Part shown: piece after piece, positions 45,352 through 54,603 of the stretch
How positions within the stretch are numbered: the stretch's first letter is position 1
Layout of the letters: each line of letters opens with the position of its first letter
From: Minisyncoccota bacterium
GTDB taxonomy: Bacteria; Patescibacteriota; Microgenomatia; PFEM01; JAFGMK01
Length of the DNA: 64,000 nt
Direction of reading: 5' to 3'
Assembly (NCBI GenBank): GCA_016927565.1
Contig: JAFGMK010000018.1
Span: 13,119 to 77,118 of the forward strand
Position numbers and translations under genes: made by a program
The notes under the pieces: generated by a model
Seen by the model: the letters and a program-made list of their open reading frames with translations, nothing else
What the model was told of the DNA's origin: nothing
The model's database searches: none

Positions 45352-45379
45352 GCCCGGTCTTAGGCCGGGATTTTTTTTA
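45352..45379 (+). terminator. Rho-independent terminator after tmRNA
   Basis: The hairpin cccgg-tcttagg-ccggg is followed by a T8 run. Confidence 0.6.
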
Positions 45380-45394
45380 TGCTAAGCTTGATTA

Positions 45395-46090
45395 ATGGCT
45401 TTAGTTGATTATATTTTTCCCCGTCGCTGTTTGGGCTGCGGAGAATTTGGCAATTATTTTTGCTCTGAATGTCTGAAATTGATTAAGCCGCCCAGGCGGC
45501 CGATTTGTCCGCAGTGTTTTAATCCCTCGCTTTTGGGTTCAACTCACTCTGCCTGTTTGAAACCGCTTTCGCTTGATGGCCTGGTTGCTGTTTCCAATTA
45601 TGAAGGCGCGGTTAAACAAGCGATCAAGAAATTAAAATACCAGTTTGTAACTGATTTAGCCGGGGATTTGGCTTCTTTGATGATCCGGTTTCTCAGGAAG
45701 TATCAGGGTAAATTATGGCCTGAGTTTGATTCGTCTTGGGTTTTGCTTCCGATTCCTCTTTATCCTCAAAGACAAAAATGGCGCGGTTTTAATCAGGCCG
45801 GACTTTTAGGGAGATTGATCGCCGGCAAGATGGGTTGGAGTTATAAAGACGGGATATTGATTAGAACAAGACCTGCTAAGCCTCAAGCCGAAATAAATAA
45901 CAGTAAACAGCGTCGGGCAAACGTCCGCTGGGTTTTTAAAGTGAGGCGCGAAGTTCAGGCTGTCATCCGGGAAAAGAAAGTTATTCTTTTTGATGATGTC
46001 TGGACAACCGGCTCAACGATTAAGGAATGTGCCCAGGTTTTAAAGAGAAGGAAAGTAGGTAAAGTTTGGGGATTGGCATTGGCTCGTTAG
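45395..46090 (+). CDS. comFC: ComF-family phosphoribosyltransferase-like competence protein
   Basis: An N-terminal Cys4 zinc ribbon (CLGCG...CSEC...CPQC) is present. The C-terminal PRTase motif is VILFDDVWTTGST. Confidence 0.7.
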   Translation: MALVDYIFPRRCLGCGEFGNYFCSECLKLIKPPRRPICPQCFNPSLLGSTHSACLKPLSLDGLVAVSNYEGAVKQAIKKLKYQFVTDLAGDLASLMIRFLRKYQGKLWPEFDSSWVLLPIPLYPQRQKWRGFNQAGLLGRLIAGKMGWSYKDGILIRTRPAKPQAEINNSKQRRANVRWVFKVRREVQAVIREKKVILFDDVWTTGSTIKECAQVLKRRKVGKVWGLALAR

Positions 46091-46126
46091 GGAAATGAGG
46101 CTGAATTTGATATACTATTAACCTGG

Positions 46127-46209
46127 GGAGAGTTGCGCCGAATGGCAAGGCACAGGTTTGCTAAACCTGCGTCCGCAAGGACTTGTGGGTTCGAGTCCCA
46201 CACTCTCCG
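46127..46209 (+). tRNA. tRNA-Ser(GCT)
   Basis: Cloverleaf with a 7-bp acceptor GGAGAGU/ACUCUCC, anticodon loop UUGCUAA, a long variable arm and T-loop UUCGAGU. Confidence 0.8.
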
Positions 46210-46437
46210 CAATAAAAAACATTGCCGGTATCCTTAAGATCACTAAAGGCAAAAGAATAAGAGGAGCGATAATCTTTGATTATTTAGCGGCAACAGCTTT
46301 GGTGAATGGAATCGGTTGGATCTGTATTAAAAATGTTGAGGGTTTTAAGTCGGTTTGGGTAAGATTAGGCGGGAAAACCATTCGCTGTGAGCGCTTGAAG
46401 CGGAGCAGGGGGGGGTTGGCTTATTGAGGAGGGTTGG

Positions 46438-46525
46438 CTGAGCGGTTAAAAGCGGTGGTCTTGAAAACCATTGCCCCCCGTGGGCACACAGGTTCGAATC
46501 CTGTACCCTCCGCCAGTTAGGAAAT
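46438..46525 (+). tRNA. tRNA-Ser(TGA)
   Basis: Acceptor GGAGGGU/ACCCUCC, anticodon loop CUUGAAA, a long variable arm and an encoded CCA. Confidence 0.8.
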
Positions 46526-47850
46526 GTCTTTGTTGACTCGCCCTCTGCGAGGGCTCGCCAGCCGATTTTAAGCGCGAATTGGAATTTTTTATTTTTGGCC
46601 CGAAGAGGCTGGCAAAAAGCGGGATTTTTTCATTTTTAATCATAGCGGGCTTCTTATATTTCTGAGTTTTGGGTTGGCCACTTGCGTATATCTTTGCGTT
46701 GTTCTTACATTTGAATCACGCAAAGCGTTCTTAAAAACTTTTTGTGCTGTTCTTGAGTTTCAGAAGCTTAATAAAGCTGAGAGTGAAGGTCAGGAAAACT
46801 GTACAACATTGAGAGGGATTTTTTGGCAGCTTGGTGTATTCTATTTCTTAGAAGGATAAATATTAATGGCTATAGGAAAAGAAATCAGTAGGAGAGATTT
46901 TTCTCCGAACTAGCGCTTTGGCTGCCGCAGACATGGCCGCAGCTGCTTGCGAGCCAAGGGCCGGATGGTTACCTGAACTCCCCTCTCCAGCAGAAAGACC
47001 AGAGGACGAAATCCTAGCCACTCATCCCCCGCCTAACAAAGAAGGAACAGGAAAGCCCTTTACTACCCGGAGAATTCTATGCTTACCCCTCTGTTGACTG
47101 CCAAGCCAGAATCTAAAGAGGATGACGGCGATCCACAAAAGCAAGCAAGAAAAATGATGTTGGAGGCTCTTTGGGGAAGGTTTAAGGCAAAGCTGTTAGA
47201 ACGCTTCCCAAAAAAACTCAATAGTTCCTCCGGAACACCTTGCTTTTCACACGGCTACCTAGCCCAATTATCAGCTCAATGGTAAAATAGAACCAGAAAA
47301 AGTGGTAAAAAAGTGAAGAAGACGTATTTATTAGCAGACAGCGCTCTAGCATATCTACTCCAAGTTGCCTTGAGCTTCCAGAAACCTTACAAGGAAAAAA
47401 TTGACTCTATAACTTACAGGGAAAGCTCTCTCATGTGTGTTAAAACAGAAGCCTCTTTAGCGACGCTCGCTTCAGTCGAAGGAAAAGATAAGTTATTTAC
47501 CTTAAAAACCATGCTCGGCTTCCAAACAGTAACAAGGCTTAAAGAACAAGCTAGAAATCTTAAACAGAAGGTTTGCGCTTCACAGGTTGTGGGAGGCTCA
47601 AGGAGCAACGTGGTAGCAATTGCATCACTCTTACACGACGCAGAACAACTTTCCAAGTACGCTGACAGTTTATCAAAGTATAAGTAAGAAAGATGAAAAC
47701 CTGGGTCTAAAAGAGTTGTTCGAAAAAATCAGCTAACATCGGTATATACCGAAACGTCAGTCTGAAAATTTCATCTTTTCCTGCCACAGCGCATAGTTGC
47801 CGGGCGTTATCGGAAATAACAAAAGCCCTGCTTAATGGTTATAAAAAACT

Positions 47851-48231
47851 ATGAGGATAAATCATATTACTATCTTAGTTTCTAACAGGCTAAAATCTGC
47901 TAAGTTTTATTCAGAGATTTTGGGACTGGAAATAGCTGAAAAGGGCAAGTCAAGATGGATAAAAATTGGTGACCAATATTTACACTTAGCGCAAGATTCT
48001 GGAAAACCGATTAAGGGCAGTTTCTATCATTTTTGTATTGAAGTAAAGAACGTTATTGATTTCGTCAAAAAATTGATTTCTAAAGGGGTTGACGTTTTTG
48101 ATCTCAACGATGAGCTAAATAAGGTAAATGTCAATCAAAACTTAGACAGAAAACACCGCCAATTTTTCATAAATGATCCGGACGGCAATATGATAGAGTT
48201 ATGCGACAAAAATAACGAGTACTTTAAATAA
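47851..48231 (+). CDS. VOC-family protein (glyoxalase/bleomycin-resistance fold)
   Basis: MRINHITILVSNRLKSAKFYSEILGLEI...HFCIEV...DPDGNMIEL is a typical VOC pattern. Confidence 0.75.
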   Translation: MRINHITILVSNRLKSAKFYSEILGLEIAEKGKSRWIKIGDQYLHLAQDSGKPIKGSFYHFCIEVKNVIDFVKKLISKGVDVFDLNDELNKVNVNQNLDRKHRQFFINDPDGNMIELCDKNNEYFK

Positions 48232-48336
48232 ACGTTTTTGTTACATCTAATAATACGGTATTTCCGGTTTGCTGCCCGGTTTGCGCTTGTTCTTTTATCT
48301 TGATATAATTTAGGTATTAGAAGTTAGTTTAAAAAC

Positions 48337-49098
48337 ATGCGCAAAATTAATCTGAAAAATCTTGTTTGGAAAGGGGGGAAATATTATGTTTCCTGCATTT
48401 CTTTGATTGCTGTTGCCTTGATTGCCGGGAGTGTCGTTTATTGGCGGCAGAAAACTCTATTTCAAGTTAAATGGGAAGGATTCCAGTTACAATTGGCTTC
48501 GTTGAATAGCCGATTAGAATCAGCCCAACAAGAAAATGAAGAACTTGCCAAAAAGTTGAGTATCAAATCGGAAGTTGCCACCGGCAGTAATCAAATCGAA
48601 GAGCCTGCCTCTGACAGCAAGTGGAATAAATTTATCTCTGATAGTTCTGGCCCTCTGGCTAAAACCTATTTATTGAGAGAGGATGGGTTATCATATTCAT
48701 CTGTCGAATCTGATATTTCTTTTTCAATTGAATATCCTGCCGATTGGACATGTAACAATGGCGTCTTTTCTTCAAAAGGTAAAAAGATCGCCGAATTTTC
48801 CCCGGGACTTGTTATTTTACAGCCTGGCCAGGGATGTTTTGAGGGTGGAATAATGGATCATGGCGGTGAGTTAATTTCTGAGACAACTGTTTCTATTGGT
48901 GGCCGCCAAGGGATACATCGAGTTGAGATTTGCGGTTATGAGGGCGGTTATCCGGATTACATTGGCACCTGGTACCCGAATATCTTCTGTTTAGAAGAAG
49001 GAGAAAAAGCTTTTAAGATGTCATTTTATGAACATGAATTGGGGGCTGGAGATAGAGCGCTTTTCGAGAAAATATTAGCAACGCTAAAATTTGAATAA
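48337..49098 (+). CDS. Hypothetical membrane-anchored protein: N-terminal TM, coiled coil, then a soluble domain
   Basis: A 253-aa ORF. The TM helix is YYVSCISLIAVALIAGSVVYW. Confidence 0.4.
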   Translation: MRKINLKNLVWKGGKYYVSCISLIAVALIAGSVVYWRQKTLFQVKWEGFQLQLASLNSRLESAQQENEELAKKLSIKSEVATGSNQIEEPASDSKWNKFISDSSGPLAKTYLLREDGLSYSSVESDISFSIEYPADWTCNNGVFSSKGKKIAEFSPGLVILQPGQGCFEGGIMDHGGELISETTVSIGGRQGIHRVEICGYEGGYPDYIGTWYPNIFCLEEGEKAFKMSFYEHELGAGDRALFEKILATLKFE

Positions 49099-49290
49099 AA
49101 AACCGGCCCGATATCACATCACACGGCATGCGAAGTTCGACGCTTAGCTCATGCTTCGCCCAACCCTCTGGATTGTTGTACAATACGATTATGGCGATCG
49201 ATAGGTTTTTAAGGCACACCGCCGGTCGGAAAATGTCTTTGTTGGCTTACTCTTTGAAGGGCTCGGCCGGTTATTTTCTATATACGGAAT

Positions 49291-49821
49291 ATGTCTGAAA
49301 CCGAAAAGATTTTACGATCAAAAATCAAGCCCAAGGAAAAACGGACTTTGCTCGTGGAGGCGGTTGTCACAGGCAAAATTCCGATAAAGGAATTTATGAC
49401 ATTTTTTAAGTCGGCCAAGGATAAGGACAAAGGTTCTTGCGCTGATATAATGAAGCATGTTTCAGTCCGGAAACCGGGGCTTCTTGCTCCTTACATTGAA
49501 ACGCTGATTGAATATGTTAATTTTCCCTTGCCTAGAGTGAAATGGGGTGTGCCGGAAGCTATCGGCAATCTGGCCAAGGATTATCCCGACAAGGTTGCTG
49601 AAGCCATGCCGAATTTGATCAAAAATACGACTGATGACAAAACAAACACGACGGTTATCAAATGGTGCTCGGCTTACGCTTTGACTGAAATTGCCAAGCA
49701 TAATCGAAAGACGAGAATTCAGCTTTTGCCGATTTTTGAAAAGATCATCAAAAAAGAGCAAAACAACGGCGTGAAGAATGTTTATATTAAAGCGCTCAAA
49801 GTAATTAAAAAAGAAAAATAA
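49291..49821 (+). CDS. Hypothetical cytoplasmic protein, helical-repeat-like
   Basis: A 176-aa ORF in an AT-rich islet. No diagnostic motif was recognised. Confidence 0.4.
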   Translation: MSETEKILRSKIKPKEKRTLLVEAVVTGKIPIKEFMTFFKSAKDKDKGSCADIMKHVSVRKPGLLAPYIETLIEYVNFPLPRVKWGVPEAIGNLAKDYPDKVAEAMPNLIKNTTDDKTNTTVIKWCSAYALTEIAKHNRKTRIQLLPIFEKIIKKEQNNGVKNVYIKALKVIKKEK

Positions 49822-49823
49822 CT

Positions 49824-50171
49824 ATGGACAAAAAAGTAAAACAATACATAGACAAGCAAAAATCACCGCAAAAAGAAATTATTATGGCCGTCCGAAAAAT
49901 ATTTTTCAAAACCTTAAAAAATTGTGAGGAAAAATATGGCTGGGGAGTAATCGTCTTGTGCAGGGGCAAATTTTATATTGCGGCCATGAAAAACAGGGTG
50001 CATGTCGGTTTTTCTATCATTGGTTTAGATAAGGAAGAGATTAAATTTTTGGAAGGGGGAGGTAAAACCATGAGACATATTAAAATTCCGGATCTAGTCA
50101 GTATTGACGAAGTAGAATTGAAAAAATTAATTGAATTGGTCAATAAAAAGGCCAAGTGTGTTAAGTGTTAG
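49824..50171 (+). CDS. DUF1801 (YdhG/YdeI-like) family protein
   Basis: The length and the pattern ...GWGVIVLCRGKFYIAAMKNRVHVGF... resemble DUF1801 as I remember it. Confidence 0.45.
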   Translation: MDKKVKQYIDKQKSPQKEIIMAVRKIFFKTLKNCEEKYGWGVIVLCRGKFYIAAMKNRVHVGFSIIGLDKEEIKFLEGGGKTMRHIKIPDLVSIDEVELKKLIELVNKKAKCVKC

Positions 50172-50196
50172 AGTCATTATCAATATAGTTAAAAAT

Positions 50197-50727
50197 ATGA
50201 ATAATCAAAATCAATCCTTCAACAATGTTCCCTCCGACGCTGAGGTTGTGGCGGGCAAGCAGGATAAGGAATGCTGTCCCAGATTTGACCCTGCGCCTTG
50301 GGACGGAAAAGTTTTAGAGTGGAATAATAAAAAATTTATCAAGGGCAGGGTGTTTACCTTGTTTTATATGCCGATAAATTTTGGTTCAGTTATGAAAAGA
50401 CTTGATGCAATAGTACGAAAAGCTGGAGCGAAATTTGAAGACAACATGGGACTTTCTGACCATACTTCCAAATGGAATATGGATATTTACCTGGCGGTTG
50501 ATAAAGAAATCCCCGGTATTGAAAACACTACACTTTCGGGGAAATTTTACACCAAAGTTTATGAGGGTGATTTTAAGGAAACCGGTAAATGGTGCAAGGA
50601 TTTTGAAAGTGTCGTTAAGGGCAGGGGAAAGAGTGTTGAGAAATGGTATATGTGGTACACCACTTGTCCCAAATGCGCCAAGAAATACGGCAGGAATTAC
50701 GTAGTGATTATCGGAAAGATAGGTTAA
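50197..50727 (+). CDS. Hypothetical protein
   Basis: The ORF from MNNQNQ onward ends in a C-terminal CPKC motif. It lies in the AT-rich islet. Confidence 0.4.
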   Translation: MNNQNQSFNNVPSDAEVVAGKQDKECCPRFDPAPWDGKVLEWNNKKFIKGRVFTLFYMPINFGSVMKRLDAIVRKAGAKFEDNMGLSDHTSKWNMDIYLAVDKEIPGIENTTLSGKFYTKVYEGDFKETGKWCKDFESVVKGRGKSVEKWYMWYTTCPKCAKKYGRNYVVIIGKIG

Positions 50728-50912
50728 GAAGAATTTGCCGCCAAATCTAGCGAATCTTAAAGTTTTGCTGAATGCGGAATAAAAACTTGCTTGGCCGAAA
50801 GATCGCTTCTTTTGCTTGGCCGGGACTGTGATGGGCAAGTGTGGATGGACGGAAGGTAAGATGAGAAATTCCGCCCACTGGGTAAATCAGTTCGACAAGT
50901 TCAGGACAGTTT

Positions 50913-51581
50913 TTGGGCGAAATCAATCCTGATTTTTTTGAAAGCAACTCTCTACTTATGATGTTCTCCAATTCCCTCTTGTCTTTTCAGAAGGATTTGG
51001 CTATGATTGAAGGAAAGGAGGAAAGGATGTCAGCGCCTCGTAAAGCTCCAGTAAAACCCTTAGAAGAGGAAGAAGCCAATTCAGAAAAGGTTTCAAGAAT
51101 TAAGGAATTGCTTGCCTGGGAAGCTCCGGCCAGGCCTTTTAAAAAGCGAAGCAAGGAGTTTTTTTCTACTGTCAGCGCCATTGCTTTTTTGGTGATGGTG
51201 ATTTTAGTTTTTTTGAAAGAATGGTTTTTAATTATAGCGATTATCGCCTTTTCTTTTTTGATCTATGTTTTGTCGACTATTCCGCCTCAGAAAGTAAAGC
51301 ATAAAATCACCAACCGGGGAATTACCACTAATGATAAAGAATATTTCTGGGAAGAGTTGGGCAATTTTTGGTTTACTCAGCAGTTAGATGAGACGATTTT
51401 GAATATTAAAATGCCTTTTCGATATCCCGGGCGGCTAATGATGCTTCTGGGAAATCAAAAAGAGGCCAAAGTTAAGAAAGTCTTAAGCCGCTTTTTAAGC
51501 CTGGAAAAAGTTTCGCCAACCTGGATTGAGAAAGCCGGAAAATGGTTAGCCGAAAAAGTTCCTCTTGAAGGATCTTCCTAG
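50913..51581 (+). CDS. Hypothetical membrane protein
   Basis: A 222-aa ORF with two central TM helices (IAFLVMVILVFL and IIAIIAFSFLIYVL). The true start may be an internal ATG. Confidence 0.35.
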   Translation: MGEINPDFFESNSLLMMFSNSLLSFQKDLAMIEGKEERMSAPRKAPVKPLEEEEANSEKVSRIKELLAWEAPARPFKKRSKEFFSTVSAIAFLVMVILVFLKEWFLIIAIIAFSFLIYVLSTIPPQKVKHKITNRGITTNDKEYFWEELGNFWFTQQLDETILNIKMPFRYPGRLMMLLGNQKEAKVKKVLSRFLSLEKVSPTWIEKAGKWLAEKVPLEGSS

Positions 51582-51623
51582 CTTCAAATCGGCACTATTC
51601 CATGATAAAATAAGCCCTAACAA

Positions 51624-51696
51624 GCGCTCGTAGTTCAATGGATAGAACACTTGATTGCGGATCAAGCGGTTGGAGGTTCGAGTCCTCCCGGGCGCA
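51624..51696 (+). tRNA. tRNA-Arg(GCG), an unusual anticodon
   Basis: Acceptor GCGCUCG/CGGGCGC with one G-U pair, D-stem GUUC/GAAC, anticodon stem CUUGA/UCAAG and loop UUGCGGA, T-loop UUCGAGU, discriminator A. Confidence 0.7.
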
Positions 51697-51915
51697 CCCC
51701 GCCAAGCGGGGTCGCTCGTGGAGGCGAGAACCTCCACCAGGGAAATTTTTGATTAGGAAGACTTAAGCAGTTCGTTAAAATGAGGAGGTTTTGAGGAATT
51801 GGGAAGACAGGCGGATTTTGTGTTAGATGCTTGGTGCAAACTGGATTGGAGAAAAAGACTGGGGAATGTTGAATAGTTTGCCTGTGGGAATAGGAATAGA
51901 TTTCCTGTAGGCAGA

Positions 51916-52001
51916 GGAGGGTTGGCTGAGTGGTTAAAAGCGATCGCTTCGAAAGCGATTGGGTTGAAAGATCCACAGAGGTTCGAATCCTCTACCCTCC
52001 G
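51916..52001 (+). tRNA. tRNA-Ser(CGA)
   Basis: Acceptor GGAGGGU/ACCCUCC, anticodon stem AUCGC/GCGAU and loop UUCGAAA, a long variable arm. Confidence 0.8.
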
Positions 52002-52032
52002 CTTAGAATAGGATTTTACCAGGAAGTAAAAA

Positions 52033-52108
52033 GCGCCCGTAGTTCAATGGATAGAACGTCGGATTCCGGATCCGAAAGTTGGGGGTTCGAGTCCCTTCGG
52101 GCGCACCA
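52033..52108 (+). tRNA. tRNA-Arg(CCG)
   Basis: Acceptor GCGCCCG/CGGGCGC, anticodon stem UCGGA/UCCGA and loop UUCCGGA, T-loop UUCGAGU, and an encoded CCA. Confidence 0.8.
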
Positions 52109-52241
52109 AAAAGTGCGGCGGAAGGGCGAGAAGTTTACCCCGCCGAACAAAGCGAAGAAACTGTAGCGGAAGTGAAAGCGGGGAGTCCCTTCGGGCGAGC
52201 TTCGCGCCTAGTCGCTCAGGGTGAACATTTAAAAGTTTAAA

Positions 52242-52757
52242 GTGAAAAGTTCAAAGTCAGGCGGAAACGAAAAGGGGCCTATAAAGCGAGAGTACTCGGC
52301 TGGAGGGGTGGTATATAAGAAATCTAAAACCGGAAGCCGGGGATGGGAAATATTATGGCTTTTGATCCAGCCTAAAGTGACTAGAGAAGAGCCTTGGCGG
52401 CAGGGAAGGTGGCAATTGCCCAAAGGTTGGATTGATGAGGGTGAAACCAGCCGGCAGGCGGCTTTACGGGAAACAAGGGAAGAAGGAGGAGTAGAGGCAG
52501 TTTTAGGAGAAAAAGTTGACCGCATTACAATTTTTTTTACTAATAACAGGAAAGAAAAAGTTCTAAAAGACATTGTCTTTTATTTAATGGAGTGGCAACG
52601 CAATTTGCCTGATGGCTTTGGAGACGAGACTCAGAAAATTTTATGGCTACCGTTCAAAGAGGCTGAGGAGAAGTTAACTTTTAGGTCAGAAAGGAATGTT
52701 TTGAGAAAAGCTCGGGAAGTTTTGGGCAGATCGGAGAAGCAGCCGAGGTTGATTTAG
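52242..52757 (+). CDS. NUDIX hydrolase
   Basis: Nudix box GWIDEGETSRQAALRETREEGGV (GX5EX7REUXEEXGU). Confidence 0.8.
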   Translation: MKSSKSGGNEKGPIKREYSAGGVVYKKSKTGSRGWEILWLLIQPKVTREEPWRQGRWQLPKGWIDEGETSRQAALRETREEGGVEAVLGEKVDRITIFFTNNRKEKVLKDIVFYLMEWQRNLPDGFGDETQKILWLPFKEAEEKLTFRSERNVLRKAREVLGRSEKQPRLI

Positions 52758-52777
52758 TAAGTGAGTGAGGTTAATTG

Positions 52778-52864
52778 GGAAGGGTACGAAAGTGGTTTAA
52801 TCGGCGGCACTGGAGATGCCGTGTGGCGGCAACGTCACCGTGGGTTCGAATCCCACCCCTTCCG
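52778..52864 (+). tRNA. tRNA-Ser(GGA)
   Basis: Acceptor GGAAGGG/CCCUUCC, anticodon stem CGGCA/UGCCG and loop CUGGAGA, a long variable arm and T-loop UUCGAAU. Confidence 0.75.
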
Positions 52865-53050
52865 CTTTGGCTTGAGGGGCGCTGAAGTGGTTACAGAGGC
52901 AAAAGGCGGATAAAAATAAAATTATTAAGAGGAAGGGTGACCCCCCGGAAAGGCCTGATCAGACATTTTATAACCCGAGAGGTCGGCGATAGTGATTCTA
53001 ATTGCCCCGATGGCAGCTGATTTAGTTCCACGATCAAAGCCTTGATCTGA

Positions 53051-54595
53051 GTGGATTTTGGGTGTCTTTGCAGAAATAATGCAGTAAATTTGCGGAGAAA
53101 AAAGTTGAGAGTAAGCTTTTTAAGCTTTAAAACAAAGCCCGGTCGATTTCTGGCTTTTTTGCTTCTTTGGGGTATCTTTTATGTTGCCGCGAGGCAGTTT
53201 TTAGATCCTGACCTTGGTTGGCATTTAAAAACCGGGGAATGGATTTGGCAAAACCGGCGTTTGCCGGAAAAAGACCTTTTTTCTTACACGATGCCGGATT
53301 ATTCTTGGCGCTTGCATTCTTGGTCGGGAACCTTAATTTTTTATTTGATTAATCAGCAGTGGGGTTATCAGGGCATGCTTTTGTTTTCAAGCCTAGTTTT
53401 GGCTTTGGCCTTTTGGTTGGCAGCAGGACCTAAAAAAATAGTCTTAAGCTGGTTCCCGTTGAGTTTGGCATCTTTAGCCGGGCTTTCTTTTGTCGCGCCG
53501 CGCCCAAGAGTGATAGGGATTTTGTTGGCGGCTGTAGTCTTTGGGTGTTTGCGGATTTCTTGGTCAAAGCCGGCTTGGTTGCTTCTTGTGCCGCCTGTTT
53601 TTGGAATTTGGGCTAATCTGCATGGGGGCTTTCCGTTGGGCCTGGTAATTTTTTTCTGGGCAATAATTAGTCAGTTGATTTTATTTTTTAAGCAAAAAAA
53701 GAAATTGAGTCCATTTTTGGGATGGTTGGGATTGGCTTTTTTGTTTTCGGTCGGGGCGACGCTGATTAACCCCTATGGCTTTGGTTTTTATCAGGAAGTT
53801 TTTGGAGAGATGGCCGGTGGACAAAAAGTTCATTTGCGGATCGGGGAGTGGTTGCCTTATTCTCAGTTTGATCCGGCGATGATTGTTTTTACCAGTCTTT
53901 TTTTGGTTTTGGCATTTTTTTTGAAAAAAAGCCTTTCTTTTTGGGAAAAAACTGTTAGTTTCGGCTTGCTTTTGGCAACTTTGTTTTCGGCTCGATTTTT
54001 GATTTATTATTTGCTTTTTGCTTTGCCGCTTTTGGTTCGGTTGATAAAGGATTTTTTAAAGCTGGTTTCAAGCCACGAGAGATTTCAGCTTTTGGTTTTG
54101 AAAAAGAGCTGGTTTTTGGGAGGGATTGTTACTTTGTTTTTGGTAAGCTTGACTGGTCGATTGATTAGCTTTGGCGGTTTGTCTGAGAAGAGATTTTACC
54201 CTCAGGGGGCAGTGGCTTTTTTAGGCCAGGAAAAAATATCGGGCAATCTTTTTTCAATTTATAACTGGGGTGGCTACTTGATTTGGAAGTTTCCGGGGAA
54301 AAGAGTTTTTGTTGATGGTCGGATGTTAATTTGGCAAGAGGATGGTTATTCAGCTTTTGAACAGGAGCTTAGACTTAAAAGAGGGGAAGAGGACTTTCAA
54401 GCTGTTTTTGAAAAATACCAAATTTCTCATGCCTTGTTAGCAGTAGGGGAGTCGGCAAGTGATCCTCTTTTAGTGTCTTTTAAAAATTTTTTGGGAAAGA
54501 CAACTCCGAATTTTGATTTAGGCCAAGAGCTGTTGGCTAAAAACTGGCGTTTGATTTATAAGGACGAAGTGGCTCAAGTTCTGGAAAAGCCTTAA
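53051..54595 (+). CDS. Polytopic membrane protein, GT-C-fold glycosyltransferase-like, with a C-terminal soluble domain
   Basis: The 514-aa product has 10-12 TM helices. A conserved-looking first loop DLGWHLKTGEWIWQNRRLPEKDLFSYT is present. Confidence 0.3.
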   Translation: MDFGCLCRNNAVNLRRKKLRVSFLSFKTKPGRFLAFLLLWGIFYVAARQFLDPDLGWHLKTGEWIWQNRRLPEKDLFSYTMPDYSWRLHSWSGTLIFYLINQQWGYQGMLLFSSLVLALAFWLAAGPKKIVLSWFPLSLASLAGLSFVAPRPRVIGILLAAVVFGCLRISWSKPAWLLLVPPVFGIWANLHGGFPLGLVIFFWAIISQLILFFKQKKKLSPFLGWLGLAFLFSVGATLINPYGFGFYQEVFGEMAGGQKVHLRIGEWLPYSQFDPAMIVFTSLFLVLAFFLKKSLSFWEKTVSFGLLLATLFSARFLIYYLLFALPLLVRLIKDFLKLVSSHERFQLLVLKKSWFLGGIVTLFLVSLTGRLISFGGLSEKRFYPQGAVAFLGQEKISGNLFSIYNWGGYLIWKFPGKRVFVDGRMLIWQEDGYSAFEQELRLKRGEEDFQAVFEKYQISHALLAVGESASDPLLVSFKNFLGKTTPNFDLGQELLAKNWRLIYKDEVAQVLEKP

Positions 54596-54603
54596 AAGGA
54601 GGA

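Noticed and set aside
46700-46860. Possible SRP (4.5S) RNA, suggested by GTGCTGTT...GGTCAGGAAA
   Set aside because: The conserved helix-8 motif GGUCAGGUCCGGAAGGAAGCAGC is not reproduced beyond a few bases. I could not fold a convincing Alu/S domain.
47313-47687. 124-aa ORF in the gene-poor spacer as a real gene
   Set aside because: It has no recognisable motif and atypical composition. It was kept only as a remark inside the islet finding.
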